61,274 bases of DNA from Candidatus Omnitrophota bacterium (GCA_028712255.1 JAQTQJ010000011.1:1-61274), one strand, 5' to 3'. Positions 27,394 to 37,888 are shown, counted from the stretch's first letter. A program made the numbers and translations. Notes: generated by a model from the sequence alone, not told the origin.

Positions 27394-28335
27394 ATGAAAA
27401 TAGTATTTTTTGGTAGTTCACATTTTGCTGTTGCTTCTCTTGAGGCCTTGATAAAAAACAATTATGAGGTTGTCTGTGTGGTTACTCAGCCGGATAAACA
27501 AAGAGGCAGGCATTTGCATCTGTCGGGTACGGATGTTAAGAGCATTGCCTTTGATGAAAAGCTAAAAATTTTCCAGCCGAAGGATATTAAAGCTAGAGAA
27601 AGCGTAAAATTTTTAAAAGCTATCGGTGCGGATGTTTTTGTGATCGTAGCCTATGGGCAGATATTATCCCAGGAGGTCTTGGATATTCCTAAAATTATGC
27701 CAGTTAACATTCATGCCTCGCTTTTACCGCGCTACCGTGGGGCAGCCCCGATTAATTGGGCAATAATTAACGGAGAGAAAAAGAGCGGGATTACGGTTAT
27801 TTACGTTGCCCGCTTGATGGATGCCGGCCCAATTATTATGCAGGAAGAGGTAAAGATCGAAAATGAAGATACATCGATAACTCTTGAAGAAAAGTTGCGT
27901 ATTTGTGGAGCTAGGCTTTTAATTGAGGCCCTTAGGTGTATTGATAGCAGGGATTATCATTTAGTTGATCAGAAAGAAGAGGATGTTATTTATGCTCCAA
28001 AGTTAAAGAAAGAAATTGGTTTAATTGATTGGGGCAATTTTGCTGTAAATATTCATAATCAGATAAGAGGGGTCTTGCCTTGGCCGGGAGCCTTTACTAG
28101 CTATGGCGGGAAAATACTAAAGATTTTTCATTCGGAAGTTTCCGCAATATTTCCTAATCATAAACCTTTACCCGGTGAAGTAGTCAAGGCGGATAAACAT
28201 GGTATTGTTATAGCTTGCGGTAGAGGGTTTTTAAAAGTTGACCAACTTCAGCTGGAAGGAGGCAAATGCATGAGCGCGCAGAATTTTATTATCGGCCATA
28301 AACTTGCTGCAGGAGAAGTTTTGGGTAAAAAGTAG
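27394..28335 (+). CDS. fmt: Methionyl-tRNA formyltransferase
   Basis: ATG 27394 after GAGGGA. MKIVFFGSS..VVTQPDK..GR and HASLLPRYRGAAPI motifs. Confidence 0.9.
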   Translation: MKIVFFGSSHFAVASLEALIKNNYEVVCVVTQPDKQRGRHLHLSGTDVKSIAFDEKLKIFQPKDIKARESVKFLKAIGADVFVIVAYGQILSQEVLDIPKIMPVNIHASLLPRYRGAAPINWAIINGEKKSGITVIYVARLMDAGPIIMQEEVKIENEDTSITLEEKLRICGARLLIEALRCIDSRDYHLVDQKEEDVIYAPKLKKEIGLIDWGNFAVNIHNQIRGVLPWPGAFTSYGGKILKIFHSEVSAIFPNHKPLPGEVVKADKHGIVIACGRGFLKVDQLQLEGGKCMSAQNFIIGHKLAAGEVLGKK

Positions 28336-28371
28336 TTGCAAGATTTAGCCCTTCTGTTATAATTATTCCCT

Positions 28372-29397
28372 ATGCCAGAATTAAGAAAAGATCCAGTTAT
28401 AGGTAGGTGGGTAATTATTTCCACTGAACGTGCTCGTCGTCCTGATCAATTTGCAAGCCAGACTAAAGATCAGGAGAATCCGTTGGACTGCCCATTTTGC
28501 GAAGGCAAAGAAGCAAAAACTCCCCCTGAAATTTATGCTATTCGTCCGCATAATTCTACTCGTAATGCTCCGGGTTGGGATTTACGTGTCGTTCCTAGTA
28601 TCTCACCTTTTTTAAGAGTAGAAGGCGATCTGGAGCGCCGGGGAAATGGTGTTTATGACGTAATGAACGGAGTAGGCGCGCATGAGATTGTAATTGAAAC
28701 TAATCAGCATATAGCCAATATGGCGGATTTGAGTGAAGAACAAATTACTAAAATACTTAATTGTTATTCTGATAGAATAATTGATTTGGAGAAAGATATC
28801 CGTTTTAAATATGTTTTAGTATTCAAAAATTATGGTAAGGGTTCAGGAGGCACGGCAATCAGGCATACTCGTTCACAGTTGATTGCTACTCCGGTTAACC
28901 CTAAGCGAGTAAAAGAGGAGTTAGCAGGCGCGCGCCTCTACTATGAATATCATGAACGCTGCGTATTCTGTGATTTGATTAAACAGGAGTTGGCGCAAAA
29001 GGAGAGGGTAATTTTGGATTTGGATGGTTTTTTAGCGGTTACTCCGTTTGCTGCGCGTTTTCCTTTTGAAACCTGGATTTTACCGAAGCAGCATTGTTCG
29101 GATTATACCTGTATGGATGCCGAATCACGCAGAAACCTTGCTCGCCTGCTCAAAGCTGTTCTTTTAAAAATGAAAATCGGGTTAAATGATCCGGATTATA
29201 ATTACGTAATTCATACTGCACCATTCCGAAGACAAAAGAGCGGTTATTGGAAAACTATTGATCAGGATTATCATTGGCATATTGAGATTATGCCTCACTT
29301 GACCAAAGTTGCTGGTTTTGAATGGGGAACAGGTTTTTATATCTGTCCTCTTCCTCCGGAGGAAACAGCTAAATTTTTAAGAGAGGTAGAAATTTAA
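28372..29397 (+). CDS. GalT-like HIT-superfamily nucleotidyltransferase paralogue lacking the nucleophilic His (H-T-R-S-Q)
   Basis: 341 aa. CPFCEG zinc motif and GAHEIVIE are retained. The HxHxQ position reads RHTRSQ (Arg codon CGT at 28870-28872). Confidence 0.75.
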   Translation: MPELRKDPVIGRWVIISTERARRPDQFASQTKDQENPLDCPFCEGKEAKTPPEIYAIRPHNSTRNAPGWDLRVVPSISPFLRVEGDLERRGNGVYDVMNGVGAHEIVIETNQHIANMADLSEEQITKILNCYSDRIIDLEKDIRFKYVLVFKNYGKGSGGTAIRHTRSQLIATPVNPKRVKEELAGARLYYEYHERCVFCDLIKQELAQKERVILDLDGFLAVTPFAARFPFETWILPKQHCSDYTCMDAESRRNLARLLKAVLLKMKIGLNDPDYNYVIHTAPFRRQKSGYWKTIDQDYHWHIEIMPHLTKVAGFEWGTGFYICPLPPEETAKFLREVEI

Positions 29398-30396
29398 ATG
29401 GGTGAATTAAGAAGGGATCCGGTTGTTGGCCGATGGGTGATTGTGGATACAGAGCGCCCAAAGAAACCACAAGACATTAAATATGAACAGCATATTCCCG
29501 AAGGTGGATTATGTCCGTTTTGTTATGGTAATGAATCTATGACTCCTCCGGAGATAAGCTGTTTTCGTGATCCAGGTACTGCAGCAAATTCTGTCGGCTG
29601 GCAGGTACGTGTGGTTGCCAATAAATTTCCGGCTTTACAGATTGAAGGCGATCTTAACCGCAGAGGAATAGGTATTTATGATATGTCAAACGGAATAGGA
29701 GCGCATGAAGTTTTAATTGAAAGCCCATACCATAATAAGGATATTCCAGAGCTCTTAGAGCAGGAAATTGAAAGCTATCTTAAAATGTGCTGCGAGCGCC
29801 TGGCGGACTTAAAAAAAGACAGTCGTTTTAAATATATTATGGTTTTTCGTAATTATGGAGCTGCCGCCGGGGCGACATTAGAGCATCCTCATACGCAATT
29901 GATAGCCTTGCCTATGGTGCCAAAAAATACGCTGGAAGAGATTCACGGCGCGCGTGATTATTATAATTACCGTGAGCGTTGTATATTCTGTGATATCCTT
30001 CGCCAGGAGATTGGCGATAAATCAAGAATAATCTTAGAAAATAAATATTTTATTTCTTTCTGTCCTTTTGTTTCCCGGTTTCCATTTGCAATCATGATCA
30101 TGCCCAAGCAGCATAGTGGTTATTTTAGCCATATTTCATCAGGTCCGGAACTATCGGCCTTAGCACAGATTTTAAAAGATACATTAACAAAACTAAAAAA
30201 AGTATTTGTAAATTTATCATATAATTATATAATTCATTCTGCGCCTATTAACGGTGAAGCTGATGTGGAGTATTACCATTGGCATATTGAGATTATGCCA
30301 AAGCTTACGCAAGTTGCAGGTTTTGAGTGGGGGACCGGTTTCTATATTGATCCAACCTCGCCTGAATTAGCCGCTCAGTATTTAAAAGCCGTATAG
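29398..30396 (+). CDS. GalT-like HIT-superfamily nucleotidyltransferase (hexose-1-P uridylyl/ADP-glucose phosphorylase type), canonical HPHTQ
   Basis: 332 aa. CPFCYG, GAHEVLIE and EHPHTQLIALP (29884-29898). ATG follows directly after the TAA of the upstream paralogue. Confidence 0.8.
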   Translation: MGELRRDPVVGRWVIVDTERPKKPQDIKYEQHIPEGGLCPFCYGNESMTPPEISCFRDPGTAANSVGWQVRVVANKFPALQIEGDLNRRGIGIYDMSNGIGAHEVLIESPYHNKDIPELLEQEIESYLKMCCERLADLKKDSRFKYIMVFRNYGAAAGATLEHPHTQLIALPMVPKNTLEEIHGARDYYNYRERCIFCDILRQEIGDKSRIILENKYFISFCPFVSRFPFAIMIMPKQHSGYFSHISSGPELSALAQILKDTLTKLKKVFVNLSYNYIIHSAPINGEADVEYYHWHIEIMPKLTQVAGFEWGTGFYIDPTSPELAAQYLKAV

Positions 30397-30438
30397 AAGA
30401 ATTGGGGTAAAGATTACCCACGTTTGCCGATTAGCTGC

Positions 30439-30495
30439 GAAACAGTTTCCGCTTCAATCGGGAAACTGTTACCAGATTAGGTTGGAAACTGTTTC
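30439..30495. repeat. Family D hairpin plus an extra arm
   Basis: AACAGTTTCC-GCTTCAATCG-GGAAACTGTT forms a perfect 10-bp stem (30441-30470). An extra GGAAACTGTTTC arm lies at 30484-30495. Confidence 0.7.
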
Positions 30496-30521
30496 GTCAA
30501 AATATAAAGAGGAGGAGTCAG

Positions 30522-31574
30522 ATGGCAGTTAAAGTCGGTATTAATGGTTTTGGTAGGATTGGTCGTCTTGTGGCGCGCGCAATTTTAGAAAAAAATAGTA
30601 AAAACATAGAACTTGTGGCAATCAATGATTTAACTGATGCCAAAAGTAATGCCTATCTTTTTAAGTATGATTCTGTGCACGGACGTTTTAATGGTGAAGT
30701 AAAGGCAACTGCTGATGATGTAATCTCAGTTAATGGCAAAGATATTAAAGTTTTAAGCAAAAGAGATCCGGCTGAGCTTCCCTGGAAAGATTTGGGAGTG
30801 GAGATTGTAGTTGAATCCACAGGGTTATTTACAATTAAAAAAGATGGAGTGAATAAAAAAGGCAAAGAAGTAAAAGGCGCAGAGAATCATATAACTAAGG
30901 GTGGCGCTAAAAAAGTGGTTATCTCTGCTCCGGCTGAAGGAGAAGATATAACGATTGTTATGGGTGTTAATGAGTCAAAGTATGATCCTAAGAATCATCA
31001 TGTAATTTCCAATGCTTCCTGTACCACCAATTGCCTTGCTCCTGTTGCTAAGGTTATCAACGATAACTGGGGTATTGTGAAGGGGCTTATGACTACGATA
31101 CATTCCTATACTAATGACCAAAGATTGCAGGATATGGCACACTCAGATTTACGGCGTGCCCGCGCTGCTGCGGTTTCCATGATTCCTACTTCTACCGGAG
31201 CTGCTAAGGCAATATCATTGGTTATCCCGGAATTAAAAGGCAAACTTGATGGTTTTGCAATCCGTGTGCCTACACCTAATGTTTCGGTCGTGGATTTGAG
31301 CGCAACCTTATCTAAGAAAGTGACTGTTGAGGAGCTAAATGCTGCTTTTAAGGCAGCGGCAGAAGGCTCGATGAAAGAGATACTTGGATACACCGAAGAT
31401 CCGGTAGTTTCAATTGATTTTAATCATTGTTTATTAAGCTCGATAGTTGATGCCAAAATAACTAAAGTTATTCAGGATGATTTTATTAAAGTGTTGGCCT
31501 GGTATGACAATGAGTGGGGTTATTCTAACCGTGTAGTGGATTTATGCGATTATATTGTTAAGAAGGGATTATAA
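30522..31574 (+). CDS. gap: Glyceraldehyde-3-phosphate dehydrogenase
   Basis: 350 aa. [12 protein letters not shown] and [12 protein letters not shown]. Confidence 0.95.
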   Translation: MAVKVGINGFGRIGRLVARAILEKNSKNIELVAINDLTDAKSNAYLFKYDSVHGRFNGEVKATADDVISVNGKDIKVLSKRDPAELPWKDLGVEIVVESTGLFTIKKDGVNKKGKEVKGAENHITKGGAKKVVISAPAEGEDITIVMGVNESKYDPKNHHVISNASCTTNCLAPVAKVINDNWGIVKGLMTTIHSYTNDQRLQDMAHSDLRRARAAAVSMIPTSTGAAKAISLVIPELKGKLDGFAIRVPTPNVSVVDLSATLSKKVTVEELNAAFKAAAEGSMKEILGYTEDPVVSIDFNHCLLSSIVDAKITKVIQDDFIKVLAWYDNEWGYSNRVVDLCDYIVKKGL

Positions 31575-31591
31575 GTCTAAATGGCTGTCCC

Positions 31592-31619
31592 AATAGTGAC
31601 TGTCACTATTCTATTTTTT
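31592..31619 (+). terminator. Putative intrinsic terminator after gap
   Basis: AATAGTGAC-T-GTCACTATT palindrome followed by CTATTTTTT. Confidence 0.5.
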
Positions 31620-31682
31620 AAGCATTACACCCAGCGCTATAAGGAATTGCGCTGGTGTTACCCTGGTGGGTAAGGAGAAAAG

Positions 31683-32864
31683 ATGGCAAAATTAACCTTA
31701 AAAGATATTGATATAAAAAATAAAGTAGTTTTGGTGCGTGCGGATTTTAATGTGCCGCTTGATGCCAACCTTAATATTACTGATGATATACGTATTCAGG
31801 CAACTCTGCCTACCTTAAAATATATTTTAGAGAATGGCGCAAAGAAGCTGGTGATTATGAGCCATTTGGGCCGTCCTGATGGCAAGCCGGTTGCCAAATA
31901 CAGCCTTAAGCCGGTAGTAGCTCGCCTGAAAGAACTCTTAGGGCAAAATGTACTGTTTTTGAGCGATTGTGTAGGTGATAATATTAAGCAGGAAATCGAT
32001 AAATCGAAAGATAGGGTAATTTTACTGGAGAATCTACGTTTTCACGCTGAAGAGGAGGCTAATGACGCTGGTTTTGCCAAGCAGTTAGCATCTTTGGCTG
32101 ATATTTTTGTTAATGATGCTTTTGGTACCGCCCATCGCGCACACGCATCTACTGAAGGGGTTACACATTTCTTAAAATCTGCCGCAGGTTTTCTTTTAGA
32201 GAAAGAGATTAAATATTTAGGTAGTGCCGTGAGTAATCCTCAGAAGCCCTTTATGGTTATTTTGGGCGGAGCAAAGGTGACGGATAAAATCGGCCTTATT
32301 CAGAACCTGCTTCCTAAATGTGACGCCATTCTCGTCGGAGGAGGCATGGCTTATACGTTTCTAAAAGCTCAAGGCAAACAGATTGGTAATTCAAAGCTGG
32401 AAAAAGATAAGTTAGATCTAGCTAAATCAATTTTAGACCAAGCTAAAAAATTAAATAAGGAAATCTTGTTACCCATTGATAATGTGGTTGTGGACAATAT
32501 CGATCCGAATGCCTTAACTGAAATTGTCGCAGATAATATTCCTGATGGCAAAATTGCCGTTGATATCGGACCAAAAACAATTAAGTTATTTGAGGGTAAA
32601 TTAAAATTCGCTAAAACTATTGTTTGGAATGGCCCTATGGGAATATTTGAAATGGATAATTTTAGCAAAGGGACTCAAAGCCTAGCTGAATTTATTGCTA
32701 CGTTAAAAACTACCTCGATAATCGGCGGAGGAGATACGGCAGCAGCAATTGCTAAATTTAAATTAGAAGATAAAATGTCACATATCTCAACGGGGGGAGG
32801 GGCAAGCCTGGAATTTCTGGAGGGAAAATCTTTGCCAGGGATTGCTGCGCTTACGGAAAAATAA
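31683..32864 (+). CDS. pgk: Phosphoglycerate kinase
   Basis: 393 aa. [14 protein letters not shown] and GGGDTAAA motifs. Confidence 0.95.
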   Translation: MAKLTLKDIDIKNKVVLVRADFNVPLDANLNITDDIRIQATLPTLKYILENGAKKLVIMSHLGRPDGKPVAKYSLKPVVARLKELLGQNVLFLSDCVGDNIKQEIDKSKDRVILLENLRFHAEEEANDAGFAKQLASLADIFVNDAFGTAHRAHASTEGVTHFLKSAAGFLLEKEIKYLGSAVSNPQKPFMVILGGAKVTDKIGLIQNLLPKCDAILVGGGMAYTFLKAQGKQIGNSKLEKDKLDLAKSILDQAKKLNKEILLPIDNVVVDNIDPNALTEIVADNIPDGKIAVDIGPKTIKLFEGKLKFAKTIVWNGPMGIFEMDNFSKGTQSLAEFIATLKTTSIIGGGDTAAAIAKFKLEDKMSHISTGGGASLEFLEGKSLPGIAALTEK

Positions 32865-32865
32865 A

Positions 32866-33639
32866 ATGAGGAAAACAATTATTGCCGGAAATTGGAAGAT
32901 GTATAAGACAATCAATGAATCCATTAATTTAGCCAATGGTTTAAAACGCGAACTCTTTAAATTAGATTTTGCGAAGGTTGATGTGGTGTTATGCCCAGTA
33001 TTTACCGCTTTAAATGAAGTAGCTGAAGTTTTGAATGAAACGGATATCCAGTTAGGAGCTCAAGATATTTATTGGCAGGATGAAGGGGCTTTTACCGGAG
33101 AGGTTTCTGGGCTTATGCTTAAAGATGCCGGCTGCCAGTATGTTATTATCGGGCATTCTGAACGCAGGCAGTTTTTTGGCGAGACTAACGAAACTGTGAA
33201 TAAAAAGATTAAGGCTAGCTTAAAACACGGATTAGCTCCTATTGTATGTGTGGGTGAGAATCTACAGGAAAGAGAGTCTAATAATACATTTAAGGTGATT
33301 AAAGATCATATTGAAAACGGTTTAGTTGACATTAATGTAGATGATATGCTTAAAATAGTAATTGCGTATGAGCCGGTTTGGGCAATCGGCACTGGTAAGA
33401 CTGCCACCGGCCAGCAGGCGCAGGAAGCGCATAAGTTCATACGTGATTTATTAAAAAAGATTTATGGGGAAGAAGTTGCCAGCCAAGTTAGGATTCAATA
33501 TGGCGGAAGTGTTAAGCCTGAAAATATTGTAGAATTGATGGGTAAACCGGATGTAGATGGAGCATTAGTGGGTGGAGCAAGCTTAAAGACAGATTCTTTT
33601 AGTTCAATAGTAACTAAAGCAAGCGAGGTTGTGAAATGA
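32866..33639 (+). CDS. tpiA: Triosephosphate isomerase
   Basis: ATG 32866 lies 1 nt after the pgk stop. [16 protein letters not shown] and [10 protein letters not shown] motifs. Confidence 0.95.
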   Translation: MRKTIIAGNWKMYKTINESINLANGLKRELFKLDFAKVDVVLCPVFTALNEVAEVLNETDIQLGAQDIYWQDEGAFTGEVSGLMLKDAGCQYVIIGHSERRQFFGETNETVNKKIKASLKHGLAPIVCVGENLQERESNNTFKVIKDHIENGLVDINVDDMLKIVIAYEPVWAIGTGKTATGQQAQEAHKFIRDLLKKIYGEEVASQVRIQYGGSVKPENIVELMGKPDVDGALVGGASLKTDSFSSIVTKASEVVK

Positions 33640-34055
33640 TGACATTTTTGATTATAATCCATGTGACTGCCTGTATAATTTTAATTGGTTTGGTTTTAAT
33701 TCAGCGTGGAAGAGGAGCAGGGTTAGTCGAGAGTTTTGCCGGAGTTGAGTCGATGTTTGGTACAAAGACAAGCGTTTTTCTTACGCGTACAACTACGATT
33801 ATGTCTATTGTTTTTTTTATAACCTGCTTGAGCTTGGCGGTATTGTCAGTTAAACAGAGTAAGTCATTGATGCGTGATGTGCGTACTGTTAGGCCAAAGG
33901 CAGAATTGCCTAAAACGGCAACAACTAATACTGAAGCAGCTAAGACAGAACAAGTCAAGACAGAACCAGCAAAAGTCCAAGCAGTAAAGGCTGAAACAGA
34001 AAAGGTTCAGACGCCAGCACCAACAGCCAAGCCGGATGCAGCAAAAACTAAATAA
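33636..34055 (+). CDS. secG: Preprotein translocase subunit SecG with a long low-complexity C-terminal tail
   Basis: ATGA overlap with tpiA. The two-TM SecG core (..LIQRGRGAGL..FGT..) is followed by ~60 aa rich in K/T/E/A/P. Confidence 0.8.
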   Translation: MMTFLIIIHVTACIILIGLVLIQRGRGAGLVESFAGVESMFGTKTSVFLTRTTTIMSIVFFITCLSLAVLSVKQSKSLMRDVRTVRPKAELPKTATTNTEAAKTEQVKTEPAKVQAVKAETEKVQTPAPTAKPDAAKTK

Positions 34056-34071
34056 AGCAGAATAAAAGAAT

Positions 34072-34112
34072 AAAGGGGACGGTTCTCTTGTTCAAGAGAA
34101 CCGTCCCCTTTT
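34072..34112. repeat. Family A palindrome (short-loop form)
   Basis: AAAGGGGACGGTTCTCTTG-TTCA-AGAGAACCGTCCCCTTTT. Confidence 0.85.
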
Positions 34113-34121
34113 AATTTAAAG

Positions 34122-35267
34122 ATGAAAAATAAAAAATTATTTTGGGTTTTTGCTTTAAGTAGTGCGGTTTATTTTACGCAAGGCATAGAAGGCCTGCCTG
34201 CTCAGGGGCTGTTTTATTATCTTAAAGAAACTTTGCATTTTTCTCCTGAAAAAATAATGGTTTTAGGCAGCCTCACTACTTTTGCCTGGCTGGTTAAACC
34301 ATTAATTGGTTATGCTATAGATAATTCATTTACTAAACGTATTTGGATATTTATTTCTCTTTTACTGGATATAGTTTTTGTTTTACTTTTAGGCTTAATG
34401 CAGCTGCCGCTTATTATTTTGGTAGTATTACTCGTTCTTAATTCTTCGGGTGCGGCTTTTCGGGATGTGGCGGTTGATGGAATCATGTGCGTAGAGGGGA
34501 AAAAATATCAGGCTACAGGAAAAATCCAAAGCATCCAGTGGGCCTCAATATTAGTGGCTGGATTATTTACCGGCATAGGCGGAGCCTTTATTGCGCAGAA
34601 GTGGGATTACAGAATAGGTTTCTTATGTTTAATTCCGATTTATCTGTTAGTTGGTTTACCAACATATTTTTATCAGGAAAACAAAGCAGAAAAGAAGTAT
34701 TCAACCTTATTTACGGATTTAAAGAGGCTTTTTAGCGATAGAAAGATATTAATTATTGGCCTGTTCATATTTTTATATAAATATTCGCCTTCTTTTGGCA
34801 CTCCTTTATTTTTTATCCAGCGTGATAGTTTTAAATGGGGCAAGATGTGGATTGGGACACTGGCTACGATAGGTACTTTATTTGGGGTTATTGGTGCGCT
34901 GCTTTATTATAAATTTAGCCAGAGGATAAACATTAAGAAATGGTTGTATTTTTCGGTGTTTACCGGCGCCCTGACTACGCTAAGTTATTTATATTACACT
35001 CCATTAACCGCGGTTGCCTACGATATAATATATAACCTTATAGGTATGTTTATATTTTTAATGGTTATGGATTTTATGGCCAGGCATTCAATCAAAGGAT
35101 TAGAGGCGACCTCATTTGCGCTTTTATGCAGTATAAATAACCTATCTGATGTATCAAGTAATCTGTCAGGTGCGTTTTTACTTCCAATAATCGGCTTAAA
35201 ATGGCTGATCGTTCTATCTGCATTAACTAGCTTTTTTTGTCTGTTCCTCATCAATAAGATTGAATGA
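34122..35267 (+). CDS. MFS-type transporter, folate-biopterin transporter (BT1)-like
   Basis: 381 aa with ~12 TM helices. The N-terminal YFTQGIEGLP...YYLKETLHFSPEK..WLVKPLIGY resembles the BT1 family. Confidence 0.55.
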   Translation: MKNKKLFWVFALSSAVYFTQGIEGLPAQGLFYYLKETLHFSPEKIMVLGSLTTFAWLVKPLIGYAIDNSFTKRIWIFISLLLDIVFVLLLGLMQLPLIILVVLLVLNSSGAAFRDVAVDGIMCVEGKKYQATGKIQSIQWASILVAGLFTGIGGAFIAQKWDYRIGFLCLIPIYLLVGLPTYFYQENKAEKKYSTLFTDLKRLFSDRKILIIGLFIFLYKYSPSFGTPLFFIQRDSFKWGKMWIGTLATIGTLFGVIGALLYYKFSQRINIKKWLYFSVFTGALTTLSYLYYTPLTAVAYDIIYNLIGMFIFLMVMDFMARHSIKGLEATSFALLCSINNLSDVSSNLSGAFLLPIIGLKWLIVLSALTSFFCLFLINKIE

Positions 35268-35282
35268 CCTTAGCAGCTAAAT

Positions 35283-35370
35283 AAAGGGACCGTTTCTATT
35301 TTTCAACTAAGTCTGGTGAAGGAAAAATAGAAACGGTCCCTTTATTTAAAGGAAAAATAGAACCGTCCCC
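35283..35370. repeat. Family A palindrome (variant GGGACCGTTTC) plus an orphan right arm
   Basis: The full hairpin spans 35283-35343. An extra GGAAAAATAGAACCGTCCCC arm lies at 35351-35370. Confidence 0.8.
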
Positions 35371-35419
35371 TGATTTTTTCTATTGCCATTTTAGGGACTA
35401 TTCGATATAATATTTAACT

Positions 35420-36019
35420 ATGATGGAACTATTTAAGCCTTATATACTTAGCTTTATTCCGCTTTTTGTGGCGGTGGATGCCATTGGCAATATTCCTATC
35501 TACTTATCTTTGGTTGAAAATTTTTCTAAGGCTCAGCAGAAAAAGATAGTTTTGGATGCGGTTACTACGGCTACTGCGGTTGCGGTTATTTTTATGGTTG
35601 TAGGCAAGTGGATATTTTCGCTGTTGGGCATAACTATTCCGGATTTTCAGATTGCAGGAGGGGCGCTTTTATTTATTATTGCTGTTCGCTTATTAATGCC
35701 AGGGGCTCAGAAAAGTACTTTAACCAACTCGCATGCTAAAGATATGGGTGTATTTCCATTAGGGACCCCTTTAATTACGGGCCCGGCGGTTTTAACCACG
35801 ACGCTAATGATGATGAATAGTTTTGGCGCCGTACCTACTTTAGTTGCATTGATATTAAATATGATTTTTGTCTGGCTTGCTTTGGTTAAAGCGGATGTAA
35901 TTATAAAGTTTATCGGCCCAAGCGGTATTCGAGCATTCTCTAAAATAATCTATATATTGTTAGCTGCCATTGCGGTTATGATGATTAGGCATGGCATAGC
36001 CGGAGCATTTTTGAAGTGA
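35420..36019 (+). CDS. MarC-family (UPF0056) integral membrane protein
   Basis: 199 aa with 6 TM helices. FIPLFVAVDAIGNIPIY N-terminus typical of MarC. Confidence 0.75.
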   Translation: MMELFKPYILSFIPLFVAVDAIGNIPIYLSLVENFSKAQQKKIVLDAVTTATAVAVIFMVVGKWIFSLLGITIPDFQIAGGALLFIIAVRLLMPGAQKSTLTNSHAKDMGVFPLGTPLITGPAVLTTTLMMMNSFGAVPTLVALILNMIFVWLALVKADVIIKFIGPSGIRAFSKIIYILLAAIAVMMIRHGIAGAFLK

Positions 36020-37239
36020 TGCGTAAAGTTTTAACTTTTATTATGGCAGGTGGTAAAGGAGAACGGCTCCTGCCTTTAACCAAAGACCGCACTAAACCGG
36101 CAGTCCCTTTCGGCGGGATTTATCGGATTATCGATTTTACTCTAAGCAATTGTATTAATTCAGGGATGCGTAAGATTTATATCTTAACACAATATAAATC
36201 CGCTTCTTTGCAAAGGCATATTCGCTTGGGTTGGAATTTTCTGCCTTCGGAGCTAGGCCAGTTTATTGAATTACTTCCTGCCCAACAGCGTATAGGAGAT
36301 TCCTGGTATTTGGGTACGGCCGATGCCATCTATCAGAACCTCTATACTTTAGAAATGGATAAGCCGGATGAAGTTCTGATTTTAGCCGGTGACCATATCT
36401 ATAAAATGAATTATTATTCTATGATTGATGTACATCGTGAACAGAATGCGGATCTGACGGTGGGAGTTGTAGAGATCGATAAAACTAAAGCCAAACATTT
36501 AGGAGTTATTGAAACGGATCCTAATGGAAGGGTCACGGGTTTTCAGGAGAAACCGGTAAATCCTAAAACTATTCCCGGAAGTCCCGATAAAATTTATGGT
36601 TCAATGGGGATATATGTATTCAATCAGTCTGTCCTGATGCAGGAGTTATTGGAGGATGCCAGGAATCATAAATCATCACATGATTTTGGTAAAGATATTA
36701 TTCCTCAGATGTTAAAAAAAGGAATGAAGATTATTGCCTATGATTTCCGTAATAAAGACAAGGAAGAGGAATATTGGCGGGATATTGGAACTATTGATGC
36801 CTATTATGAAGCAAATATGGAGCTAATTCAGGTAAATCCCACATTTAATCTTTATGATCAGGAGTGGTTAATCAGGACTTTTCAGGAGCAATATCCACCG
36901 GTTAAAACTGTGCATTCGGGGGACAAAGAAGAAGGGCGGGTGGGATTGGTGCTTGATTCGATAGTTTCCGAAGGTTGCGTTGTTAGCGGCGGCAGAGTGC
37001 AGCGTTCAATATTATCACCGAATGTTCGAATAAATAGTTTCTCTGAAGTGTATGATTCAATTTTAATGGAAGGGGTTAATGTCGGCAGGTATGCTAAGAT
37101 TAAACGCGCCATTATTGATAAAGATGTGAATATTCCACAGGGGATGATTATCGGTTTTAATTTAGAAGAAGATAAAAAGAGGTTTTTTGTCAGTGAATCA
37201 GGAATTGTTGTAGTCGCCAAAGGAACAGAAATTAAGTGA
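36019..37239 (+). CDS. glgC: Glucose-1-phosphate adenylyltransferase
   Basis: AGGKGERLLPLTKDRTKPAVPFGGIYRIIDFTLSNCINSG. ATG 36019 or GTG 36016, overlapping the MarC stop. Confidence 0.9.
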   Translation: MRKVLTFIMAGGKGERLLPLTKDRTKPAVPFGGIYRIIDFTLSNCINSGMRKIYILTQYKSASLQRHIRLGWNFLPSELGQFIELLPAQQRIGDSWYLGTADAIYQNLYTLEMDKPDEVLILAGDHIYKMNYYSMIDVHREQNADLTVGVVEIDKTKAKHLGVIETDPNGRVTGFQEKPVNPKTIPGSPDKIYGSMGIYVFNQSVLMQELLEDARNHKSSHDFGKDIIPQMLKKGMKIIAYDFRNKDKEEEYWRDIGTIDAYYEANMELIQVNPTFNLYDQEWLIRTFQEQYPPVKTVHSGDKEEGRVGLVLDSIVSEGCVVSGGRVQRSILSPNVRINSFSEVYDSILMEGVNVGRYAKIKRAIIDKDVNIPQGMIIGFNLEEDKKRFFVSESGIVVVAKGTEIK

Positions 37240-37313
37240 CCACGCGTAGCGTGGTCATCCCCGTGAAAAGCGGGGATCTAAAAGAATGGATTCCCGCTTT
37301 TCACGGGAATGAC
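37238..37313. repeat. Small hairpin plus family E palindrome (GTCATCCCCGTGAAAAGCGGGGATC ... GATTCCCGCTTTTCACGGGAATGAC)
   Basis: GACCACGC-GTA-GCGTGGTC at 37238-37256, then a long inverted repeat at 37254-37313. Confidence 0.85.
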
Positions 37314-37328
37314 TAAAGTAAGGAAACG

Positions 37329-37778
37329 ATGATTAGAAAAGCCAAAATAAAAGATATTAAACAAATTCAGGGGTTGATTGGTTATTTCGCAAGGCAGGAT
37401 GTTATGCTGCCTCGTTCACTTAATGAGCTTTATGAGAATATCCGTGATTTTTGGGTTTATGAAGATAAAGGAAAGATAACCGGTTGCGCTGCCTTACATA
37501 TCTCTTGGGATGATTTAGCGGAAATTAAATCTTTGGCAGTTGCTAAAAATAAGCAAGGAAAAGGTTTGGGCCGTGATTTAGTTTTGGCTTGCCTTGCAGA
37601 AGCCCAAGTGATGGGAGCAAGAAAAGTTTTTGCGTTAACCTACAAACCCAATTTTTTCAAAAAGTTAGGGTTTAGAAAGATAAAACATGAGGCACTGCCG
37701 CATAAAATCTGGGCGGAGTGTATTAACTGCTGTAAATTCCCCAACTGCCAGGAGATTGCCCTGCTAAAATCATTGTAA
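37329..37778 (+). CDS. GNAT-family N-acetyltransferase (short ArgA-like form)
   Basis: 149 aa. Acetyl-CoA motif NKQGKGLGRDL. C-terminal KIWAECINCCKFPNCQE resembles short N-acetylglutamate-synthase-like GNATs. Confidence 0.7.
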   Translation: MIRKAKIKDIKQIQGLIGYFARQDVMLPRSLNELYENIRDFWVYEDKGKITGCAALHISWDDLAEIKSLAVAKNKQGKGLGRDLVLACLAEAQVMGARKVFALTYKPNFFKKLGFRKIKHEALPHKIWAECINCCKFPNCQEIALLKSL

Positions 37779-37814
37779 AAATAAATTTATATGCTATAAT
37801 TTTTGATTTGCAAT

Positions 37815-37888
37815 TATAAGCATAAGCTTTAAGCTGTAAGTATTAAGTTTTAAGCTTACAGCTTATAACTTAAGGCTTACAGCTTAAC
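37815..37888. repeat. Family B heptad palindrome
   Basis: TATAAGC ATAAGCT TTAAGCT GTAAGTA TTAAGTT TTAAGCT | TACAGCT TATAACT TAAGGCT TACAGCT, a strict 7-nt period. Confidence 0.85.
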
